NCBI GenBank assembly: GCA_045568435.1
Contig: JBJLBB010000001.1
Coordinates: forward strand, 100,305-164,304
Length of the DNA: 64,000 bases
Reading direction: 5' to 3'
From: Candidatus Poseidoniaceae archaeon
GTDB lineage: Archaea; Thermoplasmatota; Poseidoniia; Poseidoniales; Poseidoniaceae
Made by a program: the position numbers and the translations under genes. This document shows positions 19,528 to 29,533 of the stretch, one piece after another; the first letter of the stretch is position 1; every line of letters starts with the position of its first letter. Below the pieces are notes generated by a model. The model did not search any database and was not told the DNA's origin. It saw only the letters and a list, made by a program, of their open reading frames with translations.

Positions 19528-19596
19528 GATTTACACTCATTCACTTTTGATAGTCTATTTATATTATTCACTTTTTAATTTGTATTAATTTATTAT

Positions 19597-20886
19597 TCAA
19601 TGCGAGACATATTTGCCCTCAACGATAGTTCCAATGAATGGAGTGTCCGAAGGTCGCGTACACCATGATTCCCAATTATTGGAATCTAATATGTTTAAAT
19701 TAGCCACCGAACCTTCCTCGATACGTCCATGTTTCATTCCACTCGGGTGTGGTGTTGTTTCAGCAGGATTGCGTGTGGAGCATACAAGTGCAACCAAAGG
19801 GTCAACTTTACATCGATTGACTAGTAATGATGAAAGGAAGGGGATACTCAGAATTTGATTATTAGGATTGAAGTCTGAGGCAATCGACCAAATATAATTA
19901 TCTTCAACCATCTTATTGAAATCTGGCCATTCCTCTCCCATTGAATACGGCGTCCCAGGTAAAAACCCAGTATTGACACCTGCAGCATTCATTTTATGCC
20001 TCGCTTCATCATTTGTGTAATGTGCATGGTCTGCACTTTCGACTTTCATTTCTGCAGCTAAGTCTCCACCACCGCCATCAGTAAACTCATCGATATGCAA
20101 CCTCAGATCAAGTCCAGCGTTTTTTGATTGACGCAGGATTTCTTCGGATTCTTCAACATTAAACCAACCAGGTTCACAAAAAACATCTGTAGAGCGTGCT
20201 ATTCCTTGTTCACAAATAGCGGGTAATTGTTCAGATATTAATGACTCGAAATAGTCCTTATGGGTAACTCCCTTTGGGATGGCATGTGCACCAAGCCAAG
20301 TATGGTCCATCGATGGTAAATCGGGGCAAAGAGAGAGTTTTTTGGAAACTTCAAGTAACCTGAGTTCAGTTTCGACATTTAGTCCATAGCCTGATTTTGA
20401 TTCTATATGCGTAGTACCACTTCTAAATGCGGATTTTAGGCGCCTCTTACCTAGATCAAATAATTCCGAGTCTGTTGATTTCCTCGTATGATTTACAGTC
20501 GATACAATCCCTCCTCCCATCGAAGCAATTTCTGAATAACTTTTCCCATTTAACTTCCATCTGACTTCACGGGAACGGTCACCTGACCATATTATGTGAG
20601 AATGAGAGTCGACTAATCCGGGAATGACCGAGCGACCATTTAGTGATACAATTCTATCATTTGATAATAAATTAATATTTGATAAATCCGATAATTCTGT
20701 ATTCGGCTTTCCATATTCTTCGATTAATTCATTTGAATTAGCGATTTTTATTATTTGGTCATTTTCTATAACTATTCCTTTCTCGTAGGCGATTAATGAA
20801 TCTTCATCTTTCATTGCTAATCCTGTCAAAGGGCCGTTTCCTGACAAATGTGCTAGCGGACCAATATCAACTAAAATCGTCCGCAT
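19597..20886 (-). CDS. hutI: Imidazolonepropionase
   Basis: PGLVDSHSH, THIESKSGYGL, LGAHAIP, DVFCEPG, LHIDEF, ASDFNP. Start refined to ATG 20886. Confidence 0.93.
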   Translation of the reverse strand: MRTILVDIGPLAHLSGNGPLTGLAMKDEDSLIAYEKGIVIENDQIIKIANSNELIEEYGKPNTELSDLSNINLLSNDRIVSLNGRSVIPGLVDSHSHIIWSGDRSREVRWKLNGKSYSEIASMGGGIVSTVNHTRKSTDSELFDLGKRRLKSAFRSGTTHIESKSGYGLNVETELRLLEVSKKLSLCPDLPSMDHTWLGAHAIPKGVTHKDYFESLISEQLPAICEQGIARSTDVFCEPGWFNVEESEEILRQSKNAGLDLRLHIDEFTDGGGGDLAAEMKVESADHAHYTNDEARHKMNAAGVNTGFLPGTPYSMGEEWPDFNKMVEDNYIWSIASDFNPNNQILSIPFLSSLLVNRCKVDPLVALVCSTRNPAETTPHPSGMKHGRIEEGSVANLNILDSNNWESWCTRPSDTPFIGTIVEGKYVSH

Positions 20887-20937
20887 AACTGTCGCTAGAT
20901 GCTGAGGGTTCAAGAATAATGTCATATTGGGACATCC

Positions 20938-21954
20938 ATGAGCGGCGATGGATGGACCCTGGGTATTGAGTCGACAGCCCATACATTGTCATTCGGATTG
21001 GTAAATAATGAAGGGATTCCTTTTCCATCAATTTCCGATACAGTAAAGCCCGATAAAGGAGGCATACATCCTCGGCAGGCTGCTGACCATCACAAGGAAG
21101 TAGCACCTGAATTATTTAGAAGAATTCTTTCGGAAAATAATTTACAGCCAACCGACATTTCCAATATTGCATTTTCTCAAGGACCAGGGCTGGGGCCCTG
21201 TCTACGCATTGGGGCATCGATTGCTAGAGGATTATCCAATCGACTAGATGCTCCATTGATCGGAGTTAATCATTGCGTAGCACATATTGAGATTGGAAGG
21301 CAACAATGTGGTTGCGATGACCCGGTTTTACTATATGTTTCTGGAGGAAATACACAAGTTATTGCACGACTCGAAGGACGATATCGTGTCTTAGGCGAAA
21401 CCCTTGACATTGGTATTGGCAATATGCTAGACAAATTTGCACGAGCACAAGGAATTCCATTCCCTGGTGGGCCTGTAATAGAAAAATTGGCAGCTGAATG
21501 GCTTAAAGATAATCCTAATCATGACATGGAAGGTTTAGAATTACCCTATGCTGTTAGGGGAATGGATTTAGCATTCTCCGGAGTCTTAACTGCGGCATTG
21601 AAATTAGTGGAAAATGGGCACTCTTTAGGTTCTGTTTGTTGGTCATTACAAGAGCATGTGTTTTCTGCATGTGTCGAAGTTGCAGAGAGGGCATTATCTC
21701 ACACTGGTAAAACTGAACTTCTTCTTGGAGGGGGTGTTGCTTGTAATAATCGATTACGTTCTATGTGTAGCATTATGTCGCAAGAAAGAGATTCTGAATC
21801 TTTCGCCCCACCTCGAATGTATTGCATCGATAATGGTACAATGATTGCCAGACTTGGTTGGTTAGAGCAACAAGTTGGTAGGATCACCCTGCTAGAGAAG
21901 AGTGCTATTGACCAGTATCTAAGGACAGACCAAACACCAATCACTTGGGCATAA
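20938..21954 (+). CDS. kae1: tRNA N6-threonylcarbamoyltransferase Kae1
   Basis: LGIESTAH, GGIHP..AA.HH, GPGLGPCL, VNHCVAHIE, SGGNTQ, DNGTMIA. Confidence 0.95.
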   Translation: MSGDGWTLGIESTAHTLSFGLVNNEGIPFPSISDTVKPDKGGIHPRQAADHHKEVAPELFRRILSENNLQPTDISNIAFSQGPGLGPCLRIGASIARGLSNRLDAPLIGVNHCVAHIEIGRQQCGCDDPVLLYVSGGNTQVIARLEGRYRVLGETLDIGIGNMLDKFARAQGIPFPGGPVIEKLAAEWLKDNPNHDMEGLELPYAVRGMDLAFSGVLTAALKLVENGHSLGSVCWSLQEHVFSACVEVAERALSHTGKTELLLGGGVACNNRLRSMCSIMSQERDSESFAPPRMYCIDNGTMIARLGWLEQQVGRITLLEKSAIDQYLRTDQTPITWA

Positions 21955-22041
21955 GGCTGATTTAGAAGCCAATGGTTTTAAGAGGTCGTCTTAGGGCTAA
22001 TATTAGGGGAATGCTGTATCGCAGGTAGAAGGAAGAAAGAT

Positions 22042-22884
22042 TTGCCTCTGAACCCTTTTGCGCGCAATGCTGCTGCTGAGAGAAATAAACGCCAAGCTGA
22101 CAGAGCTAATATGCGCAAAAGAGAGGAGTTAGCCACAGCGCAAGCACCTGCAAAACCTCAATCCAAGAATACCAGTAATATTCTAGCAGAAATGCAAAAA
22201 AAAGCCGCAAAGCAATTGCAAAATGACAATATTGTTACTACCGAGGCTGAGCAAAAAGCCGTCCAATTACCAGAGCCAACAATAATCGTCAAGAAAAAAA
22301 TTGATGTTGAAGAAAAAGTTAAGTCTGATATACGCGAAGAACTAAATCGAAAAACAGCAGAGGCCAATAAAAAATATCAAGAAATTGCGTCTAATGTGAC
22401 TGAAGAAACACCTCAAGTTGAATCAATTGCCGTAGAACTAGAAACCTCAGTAGAAGAAATCACTAATGCTGAAGTTGAACTTATAGAAGATAAGCCCACT
22501 TCTGATATCGAAGAAGTTTCCAAGGGTGCAAAAAATGTTTTCAAAACAGTTGAACAGACCAAGAAGCCATCTGTCACAGGTGATCGCCGCAAGCGTAAGC
22601 GTAGAATGGACAAGAAAGGTGGCGGGCGTCAAAAAATGGAAAAGAAACTGAATCGACAAAAGATTTTGGCGTTCAAATATTTTGCCAGAGATTTACTCGA
22701 TGACCCGAATATTCCTGAAGAACACCGATCTAACGTTTTAGGTCAAATTATTGCAAAGGGAGAAAGGACAAGCATAGAATCAGCAATCGAATTCATCAAT
22801 CAAAAACGCGATGAATTAATTCTTACTGAAGAAGTGGCAAAATCACTTATCAGTGAGATAAAAAGTATGACGACAAGAAGGTGA
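22042..22884 (+). CDS. Hypothetical protein, low-complexity N-terminal half and basic helical C-terminal domain
   Basis: 280-codon ORF with TTG start, between kae1 and slyD. Confidence 0.65.
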   Translation: MPLNPFARNAAAERNKRQADRANMRKREELATAQAPAKPQSKNTSNILAEMQKKAAKQLQNDNIVTTEAEQKAVQLPEPTIIVKKKIDVEEKVKSDIREELNRKTAEANKKYQEIASNVTEETPQVESIAVELETSVEEITNAEVELIEDKPTSDIEEVSKGAKNVFKTVEQTKKPSVTGDRRKRKRRMDKKGGGRQKMEKKLNRQKILAFKYFARDLLDDPNIPEEHRSNVLGQIIAKGERTSIESAIEFINQKRDELILTEEVAKSLISEIKSMTTRR

Positions 22885-22888
22885 AAAT

Positions 22889-23392
22889 ATGGTAGAAAAA
22901 ATTAGCAAAGATATGGTAGCAAGCGTACATTATACAGGAACTTTACCCGATAGCGGTGAAATATTTGATTCAAGCGAGGGTCGGGATCCCTTATCATTCT
23001 TAGTTGGTCATGGTCAAATGATACCAGGATTTGAAGAAGAATTAATGGGTGCATCAACTGGTGAAAAAAGAGAATTCACTCTATCACCAGATAAGGCCTA
23101 TGGAGATAGGGAGGAGGAAGCAACTATGAAGATTCCAAGAGCACAATTCGCACAACTCGAACAGTCTGCAAAATTAGAAGTGGGGACACAACTAGTGGCA
23201 CAAATGCCTCATGGACCTGCTCCTTTCACTATAATTGAACTTGATGAAGAATCAGTTACTGCAGATTTTAATCACGCACTAGCTGGTAAAACATTAACAT
23301 TTAATGTCGAAGTTGTAGGCGTAAGATCTGCAACTGATGAGGAAATTCAACACGGCCATGCACATGGAATTAGTGGGCATGCTGAGCATTAA
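22889..23392 (+). CDS. slyD: FKBP-type peptidyl-prolyl isomerase with His-rich tail
   Basis: GHGQMIPGFEE, DFNHALAGKTLTF, C-terminal HGHAHG...HAEH. Confidence 0.92.
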   Translation: MVEKISKDMVASVHYTGTLPDSGEIFDSSEGRDPLSFLVGHGQMIPGFEEELMGASTGEKREFTLSPDKAYGDREEEATMKIPRAQFAQLEQSAKLEVGTQLVAQMPHGPAPFTIIELDEESVTADFNHALAGKTLTFNVEVVGVRSATDEEIQHGHAHGISGHAEH

Positions 23393-23467
23393 CATGCTAA
23401 AACCTGCAATTATGACGGTTGCTGTTGATACAGTAGGCTTGATGAATCGTCAGCACTTGGAACGGCT

Positions 23468-25069
23468 ATGGCTGAACAGCGTCGTGAAGTCTGGGAGACA
23501 CTTTCTGGCATTGATTTACCCATGAATCCAGATCAGGATTCTATGATTCAATCTGGCTCTATTGCGTCAAAAACCCCTAACGCTGGCAGTCCACCCTATA
23601 CTCGGGGGATTTATTCGACAATGTATCGGTCTAGACTTTGGACGATGCGTCAATATGCAGGTTTTTCAAGTGCTAAGGAAACAAATGAACGATTTAAATT
23701 ATTGCTTGGGCGCGGTCAAAAAGGACTTTCAGTCGCTTTTGACTTACCGACTCAATTAGGCCTTGATGCAGACGACGAACTCTCTCTAGGAGAGGTTGGA
23801 AAGGTAGGTGTATCTATTTCTACACTAGACGATATGAGAGAATTATTTGATGGCATTCCATTGGGTAAAGTTAGTACTTCAATGACGATAAACGCTCCTG
23901 CAATGGTGCTTCTAGCGATGTACGCAATAGTTGCTGAAGAACAGGGAGTAAGTATCGATCAAATTCGAGGAACTATTCAAAATGATATTCTCAAAGAATA
24001 TATCGCAAGAGGTACATATGTATTCCCACCAAAACCAAGTATGCGACTTATTACAGATATTTTCTCATATTGTTCTCAAAACATACCAAACTGGAATACA
24101 ATATCTATTTCGGGATATCATATTAGAGAAGCAGGCTGTACTGCTGTTCAAGAAGTAGCATTTACTCTTGCCAATGCTCTAGCTTACGTTGACGCTGCAT
24201 TAGAAGCAGGATTGGACATTGATAGTTTTGCACCAAGACTTTCCTTCTTTTTCAATTGTCATAATGACTTTTTTGAAGAAGCATCGAAGTTTAGAGCAGC
24301 ACGTAAGTTATGGTATGATTTGATGAATGAGAGATATAGCCCAAAACATCCTAAATCAAGTATGCTTAGATTCCATACTCAAGTAGCAGGAGTGAGTCTT
24401 ACTGCCCAACAGCCACTGAACAATATTTCAAGAGTGACAATACAAGCCTTAGCAGCAATTTGTGGTGGAACTCAAAGTCTTCACACGAATTCATATGATG
24501 AAGCAATAGGACTTCCCACTGAAGAGAGTGCCACTATTGCTCTTAGAACTCAACAAATAATTGCTGAAGAAAGTGGTGCTGCTGATGTAGCAGACCCACT
24601 AGGCGGTTCATACCATGTCGAAACACTAACTCAGAAAATCTATGACTTATCGATGGAGCAAATCTCCACTATTGAAAAAATGGGTGGTGCAATGGCGGCG
24701 ATTGAAGAAGGTTGGCAACAAAGAGAGATTCATAATTCAGCTTTCAAGCATTTGAAAGAAGTGGAGAGTGGAGTTAGGAAAATAGTTGGAGTGAACCATG
24801 GTGTGATGGAGGAAAACCTTCAGCATAAACCAATGTCAATCAATGCTGAAGTAGAGAAGAACCAATGTGATAAATTATCTAATTGGAGGGCGAATAGAAG
24901 TCAATCTGAAGTTGATATGGCTTTAGAGGTCATTACAAAAGCTTGTCAGACAGGCGATAACTTATTCCCACTTGTAATGAATGCGCTCAGAGTTGATAGC
25001 ACCCTGGGTGAAATTATGAATTCAATGAAAAAAGAATTTGGTACATGGATGGCCCCTAGTGGATTTTAG
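23468..25069 (+). CDS. mcmA1: Methylmalonyl-CoA mutase, substrate-binding (N-terminal) subunit
   Basis: PYTRGIY..MYR.RLWTMRQYAGF, GLSVAFDLPTQ, GTIQNDILKEY, QSLHTNSYDEA; no B12-binding domain. Confidence 0.93.
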   Translation: MAEQRREVWETLSGIDLPMNPDQDSMIQSGSIASKTPNAGSPPYTRGIYSTMYRSRLWTMRQYAGFSSAKETNERFKLLLGRGQKGLSVAFDLPTQLGLDADDELSLGEVGKVGVSISTLDDMRELFDGIPLGKVSTSMTINAPAMVLLAMYAIVAEEQGVSIDQIRGTIQNDILKEYIARGTYVFPPKPSMRLITDIFSYCSQNIPNWNTISISGYHIREAGCTAVQEVAFTLANALAYVDAALEAGLDIDSFAPRLSFFFNCHNDFFEEASKFRAARKLWYDLMNERYSPKHPKSSMLRFHTQVAGVSLTAQQPLNNISRVTIQALAAICGGTQSLHTNSYDEAIGLPTEESATIALRTQQIIAEESGAADVADPLGGSYHVETLTQKIYDLSMEQISTIEKMGGAMAAIEEGWQQREIHNSAFKHLKEVESGVRKIVGVNHGVMEENLQHKPMSINAEVEKNQCDKLSNWRANRSQSEVDMALEVITKACQTGDNLFPLVMNALRVDSTLGEIMNSMKKEFGTWMAPSGF

Positions 25070-25077
25070 GTGATGTT

Positions 25078-25506
25078 ATGGTTAAGAAAATTTATCTAGA
25101 CCATATTGGAATTGCTACATCTGATTTGAATGAATCTTCAGTTTTCTGGAATTTAATAGGTCTAATTCAAGGCGAAGAGGACGAAATAGTTGAAGACCAA
25201 GGAGTAAAGACAAGATTCTTCGATACTTCGAAAAATAATCCGTCGATAAAATCACCTAAGATCGAATTATTAGAACCTACATCTAGTGATACGCCTATTG
25301 GGAAATTCCTTGATAAAAGGGGCCCTGGGATCCAGCAAATTTGTTTTAGAGTGGAAAATTTACCTGAAATGATATCATTGTTGAAGAATAATGGAGTTTT
25401 AATGATAGATGAGGAGCCACGAATAGGAGCAGGTGGCAAACATATTGCTTTTGTACATCCAAAATCTACTGGAGGCGTTTTAGTAGAACTAACTCAATAT
25501 GATTAA
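25078..25506 (+). CDS. mce: Methylmalonyl-CoA epimerase
   Basis: LDHIGIA, IELLEP, GIQQICFRV, AFVHPKSTGGVLVEL; adjacent to mcmA1. Confidence 0.93.
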   Translation: MVKKIYLDHIGIATSDLNESSVFWNLIGLIQGEEDEIVEDQGVKTRFFDTSKNNPSIKSPKIELLEPTSSDTPIGKFLDKRGPGIQQICFRVENLPEMISLLKNNGVLMIDEEPRIGAGGKHIAFVHPKSTGGVLVELTQYD

Positions 25507-25546
25507 AATCATAACAACCATAATCTACCTAAGGATAAATGATAAC

Positions 25547-25852
25547 ATGCGAACCTGTATCGACCATTTGATTGCCCTTTCCCATATCGACGGACCACGT
25601 GTCAAGAAAGAGGCATCATTCTTATCCACAAGGTTGGAAGCACTGAGAATGAGCAAGAATATTACTAATGATGCTTATCTTGATGCTGGTGCAATACAAG
25701 GAGCATTTGAGATGATTGCACACCTTATTGACATGGGCGTCTCTCAAAAAGAGATACATTCTCAATTAAGACAACAATTAGATCGTGCTAGAAATATTGA
25801 ATTAAAGCATCCTGGATTAAATGATGCCATTGAACAAGGTCGAGCGAGTTGA
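25547..25852 (+). CDS. Hypothetical helical protein
   Basis: ORF fills the gap between mce and the ABC ATPase; ATG 25547 preferred. Confidence 0.6.
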   Translation: MRTCIDHLIALSHIDGPRVKKEASFLSTRLEALRMSKNITNDAYLDAGAIQGAFEMIAHLIDMGVSQKEIHSQLRQQLDRARNIELKHPGLNDAIEQGRAS

Positions 25853-25860
25853 TATGAACT

Positions 25861-26694
25861 ATGTCTAAAACTCTAATGACAATATCCAATGTCTCGAAGA
25901 GTTTTGGTGATGTTGAGGCACTTAGAGAAATTTCTCTTGATATTAATTCAGGAGAAGTAGTTGGACTTGTTGGAAGTAATGGTGCTGGAAAAACAACTTT
26001 GCTCAGATTGATGTCAGGTGTTTACAAACCTAGCAAGGGCACTGTGTGCTTGGATGATGGCACTCCTGTTGATAAGATGCGTCAGAAATTAGGAGTTGTC
26101 CCTGAATCAACCGGCCTGTATTCACGACTTACTGCATGGGAAAATATACGCTATCACAGTAGGATGCATGGTGTGAGTGATGATGATTCATGGAATAGAA
26201 CTTCGAGATTTGCTAAGCATTTGGACATGTTAGAAAATCTTGGACGTCATACCAAGGGATTTTCCAGAGGTATGAAACAAAAGACAGCACTTTTGCGTGC
26301 TTTGGCCCACGGTCCAAGTGTATTGCTACTCGATGAACCAACTGCTGGACTTGATATAACCAGTGCAAGAACAGTTCGCGCACTTGTTAGACAGCTTAGG
26401 GATGAAGGCGGAACAATTGTATATTCTACACATCATTTGGCAGAGGCGGAACAAGTTTGTGATCGAATTATAATTATACACAATGGAGACATTCAAGCTG
26501 ATGGTTCTCCAACTAAGTTACTCGAAGCTACAGATTCTAAAAACTTGGAAGAAGCATATGTTTCACTCACTCAGGAAAAAGCACGCCCGCGTAATGATGA
26601 CTCTGAGTCTGAAGGTAAGTTCACTCGTTGGTGGCGGAGATTATTCACTCCCAAAACACCAAAAACAGTTTCAGGAGATGATTCAAGTGAGTAA
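25861..26694 (+). CDS. ABC transporter ATP-binding subunit (NatA-like)
   Basis: GSNGAGKTT, FSRGMKQK signature, LLLDEPTAGLD, H-loop STHH. Confidence 0.93.
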   Translation: MSKTLMTISNVSKSFGDVEALREISLDINSGEVVGLVGSNGAGKTTLLRLMSGVYKPSKGTVCLDDGTPVDKMRQKLGVVPESTGLYSRLTAWENIRYHSRMHGVSDDDSWNRTSRFAKHLDMLENLGRHTKGFSRGMKQKTALLRALAHGPSVLLLDEPTAGLDITSARTVRALVRQLRDEGGTIVYSTHHLAEAEQVCDRIIIIHNGDIQADGSPTKLLEATDSKNLEEAYVSLTQEKARPRNDDSESEGKFTRWWRRLFTPKTPKTVSGDDSSE

Positions 26695-27907
26695 AGGGTC
26701 ATTCAATAGAGTAAAGTCGATTGCCAAGAAAGAGGTTGTTGAATTTACTAGAGATTGGCGAACAATTATTGCAATTATCGTCATTCCAATACTAATGTTC
26801 CCTCTTTTATTTATTATGTTCCCATTACTACTTGAATCTGAAGCAGCGGAATTAGATTCAATTGTCGTAGATGTAGTCATACAGTCTGATGATAATCCTG
26901 AAACTTTAATACAACAATTCAATTCATCTTCGATTAATATTCTGCAAGAAAATATATCCAGCACACCACCATTATCGGAGCCTGGAGATGATATTGAGAG
27001 GTTGCGGAGTTTATCGATTGATGCTATTTTAAGGGTTGAACAAAGAGATGATGTATGGTATTATGCAATTATACATATTTCGACGTCCGAAAGTTCGAAT
27101 GAAGCGAGAAGTCGTATTATTGAAGGATTGATTGCTTGGGAGAATATTGAGACTGAGCGGATTATTTCAGAACAAGGTCTCGATGTCAATTCGACTCTCA
27201 ACCCGGTTAGATGGGATGGAGATGTTTCTCAAGGAGATGTTGCAACCCAAGGTGAACAGGCTGGAATGGTGTTATCTCTATTTATTCCATTAGTACTAGC
27301 AGTTTGGACTTTTTCAAGTGCCATTCAACCTTCCATTGATATGACGGCAGGTGAGCGAGAAAGAGGTACATTGGAGGCTTTGCTAAGTTTACCATGTACT
27401 AGAAATGAACTTCTATTAGGTAAGTGGCTTGCAGTTGCTACAATTACAGGTGTTGGAGTAATATTACAGATTTTTGGTTTGCTATTTGCAATTGGTTACC
27501 TTGCATCATCTAGCATAATTGGGATACCTGACCTTTCGATGGAGGCTATAATGTTGATAGTAATATCAATAATGTTGTTTGCAGTAATGGTTGTAGCACT
27601 AGAATTAGCTTTAGCCATGCGTTCCCATAGTGTCAAAGAAGCAGGGTCTATCCTCGGGCCCGCAATTATTTTGATAATATTCCCAGCATTATTTACTCAA
27701 GTAATAAATCTTGATGGTGTAGAGAATTTCTGGTTTGCAGTACCTGTAGTAAATGTATTATTAGCACTAAGAGAATTATTGATGGACAGAGTAATTGTTG
27801 AACATATCGCTATTTGGTTTGGAACTTCGCTATTGTATGCATTGTTGGCAGCATACTATGCTGCTAAGCAGTTTGGCCGTGAAGACATAGTTACTAGTCT
27901 ATCATGA
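26687..27907 (+). CDS. ABC-2 permease (NatB-like)
   Basis: TAGERERGTLEALLSLP, GKWLAV, SVKEA; GTG 26687 preceded by GGAGA. Confidence 0.88.
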   Translation: MSKGSFNRVKSIAKKEVVEFTRDWRTIIAIIVIPILMFPLLFIMFPLLLESEAAELDSIVVDVVIQSDDNPETLIQQFNSSSINILQENISSTPPLSEPGDDIERLRSLSIDAILRVEQRDDVWYYAIIHISTSESSNEARSRIIEGLIAWENIETERIISEQGLDVNSTLNPVRWDGDVSQGDVATQGEQAGMVLSLFIPLVLAVWTFSSAIQPSIDMTAGERERGTLEALLSLPCTRNELLLGKWLAVATITGVGVILQIFGLLFAIGYLASSSIIGIPDLSMEAIMLIVISIMLFAVMVVALELALAMRSHSVKEAGSILGPAIILIIFPALFTQVINLDGVENFWFAVPVVNVLLALRELLMDRVIVEHIAIWFGTSLLYALLAAYYAAKQFGREDIVTSLS

Positions 27908-29404
27908 AAATGCCTTGATGGCATCTCTGACAATATCGATTATCATATCGATCTCACCTGATGTTATTCTAAAGTGAGGTGTGAACCTCAAGGCATTAAT
28001 TCCCCCATGTATTACTCCAAGACCACGTCTTCTGCACCAAGGCTCAACAGCATCGAAACCTACTACAGGGAAACGTGATGGGTCTAATTCAGCACTAACT
28101 AGCAACCCAGTTCCTTGGACCTTTGTGATAGTGCCTGGTAATTCCTCGGCTAATTCCTTAAGTTTAGCAACAAACTCAACACCCCTGTCTCTTATGTTAT
28201 TACGCAATTCTGGAGTCATTTGCTCCAACACCGAGACTGCAATCTCTAATGCTCTAGGGTTTGTAGTCATTGTATTTCCATAAATCCCAACAACATACAT
28301 TGATGCTGCTCTATCATTCATTCCTAATACGGACAAAGGATATTGACCAGCATTGATTGCTTTGGACCAAGTTTCAAGGTCAGGAGCTTCAGCATCTTGA
28401 AAACCTTCGTAATCGATAACTGATAAACATCCCTGGCCCCTAATACCTGCTTGAATCGAATCAACTAAAAACATCGAATCATGTTCAAGGGTTAGTTTAC
28501 GGGCTTCATCATAGAACTCTCTAGAGATGCATTGACCAGGATTCCCTTCACCTTGTACTGGTTCTACTGCCAATAATTCGATAAAGAATTTTTCATCGAT
28601 AGAGCGTTGAAATACTTCACGAAGAGATTCAATGTCATTGGCAGGTACTAAGATTAAATTATCGCGGTTTTGGAAACTGGCAAGATTCTTATCATAACCA
28701 GACATACATGAGTGGGATATTTGAGCAGGTCTGTCGGTACGACCGTGGAAACTCCTAACAATAGATACCATCTTGATGGGATATCCATCATATTTAGCAC
28801 CTTTAGAAGTCATTCGATTAGCGTTAACATCAGCTATTCTTAGAGCCACAGTAACAGACTCAGAACCACTATTCATGCAAATAAACTTAGAGAAAGGGCA
28901 ACTGCCTCTAGTATGGCCAAGTTCTGCTTTGAGTGCCTCAGATAATCTCTTCTGACTAAATGAAGGTGTCATTACATTAGCCATGACCCAGTTTTTAGAC
29001 ATAGTTGAAATCACTGAATCTGGTCCATGGCCAGCACCCAACATTCCATATCCTCCATTATCATGGACCACTGCTCCATGCGAAGTCACTATCCAAGGTC
29101 CTTTGGCTGAAAGCGCAACATATGGATTAACAGTTGCTGGGGCATAAAAATTTACAATATCACTTTGAAGTTCATCAACTAATGATTTTTCTTCCATCAT
29201 CATCAGATCACTGCCCATAGAAGTTGCTAATTCCTTATGAGTATCATAACCTTCATTTATAGCAGTCACAAGAGTTTCATCGACTTTACAGAATTGCTTG
29301 ATTATATCGTCAGAAAGTCCAGCGGTATCCATATCACCACTATTTTCCCTTATGGAGTACAACTTTGACATTATCCCGTCAGCGTCAATCATTACTGTCA
29401 TCAA
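27902..29404 (-). CDS. lat: Class III PLP aminotransferase, L-lysine 6-aminotransferase type
   Basis: GPWIV...GAVVHDNGGYGMLG.GH, NSGSE, SFHGRTDRP, EPVQGEG, DSIQAG, TWSKA, YGNTMTTNPRA; colinear, from memory, with Flavobacterium lutescens Lat. Confidence 0.75.
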   Translation of the reverse strand: MMTVMIDADGIMSKLYSIRENSGDMDTAGLSDDIIKQFCKVDETLVTAINEGYDTHKELATSMGSDLMMMEEKSLVDELQSDIVNFYAPATVNPYVALSAKGPWIVTSHGAVVHDNGGYGMLGAGHGPDSVISTMSKNWVMANVMTPSFSQKRLSEALKAELGHTRGSCPFSKFICMNSGSESVTVALRIADVNANRMTSKGAKYDGYPIKMVSIVRSFHGRTDRPAQISHSCMSGYDKNLASFQNRDNLILVPANDIESLREVFQRSIDEKFFIELLAVEPVQGEGNPGQCISREFYDEARKLTLEHDSMFLVDSIQAGIRGQGCLSVIDYEGFQDAEAPDLETWSKAINAGQYPLSVLGMNDRAASMYVVGIYGNTMTTNPRALEIAVSVLEQMTPELRNNIRDRGVEFVAKLKELAEELPGTITKVQGTGLLVSAELDPSRFPVVGFDAVEPWCRRRGLGVIHGGINALRFTPHFRITSGEIDMIIDIVRDAIKAFS

Positions 29405-29477
29405 CCATTCTCCATTGGCGGAGACTATTCAACATTCGCTTTTTGTCATCGTGAATTAATTAAATACTCGAATGAAA

Positions 29478-29516
29478 TAATACTCTAGTATTACTATAGT
29501 AATATTAATTAATACT
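29478..29516. promoter_or_regulatory. Palindrome array, candidate RHH operator
   Basis: TAATACT-CT-AGTATTA (29478-29493), perfect TATTACTATAGTAATA (29489-29504), TATTAATTAATA (29503-29514), directly upstream of the RHH gene. Confidence 0.5.
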
Positions 29517-29533
29517 TAGTGGCAGGATTAGTC

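Noticed and set aside
20887-20982. Overlap of hutI and kae1 5' ends implied by the ORF track
   Set aside because: It disappears when hutI starts at ATG 20886, leaving an ordinary 51-bp divergent promoter gap.
23468-25069. Truncated methylmalonyl-CoA mutase pseudogene
   Set aside because: A separate B12-binding subunit is the normal archaeal arrangement; the ORF is intact.
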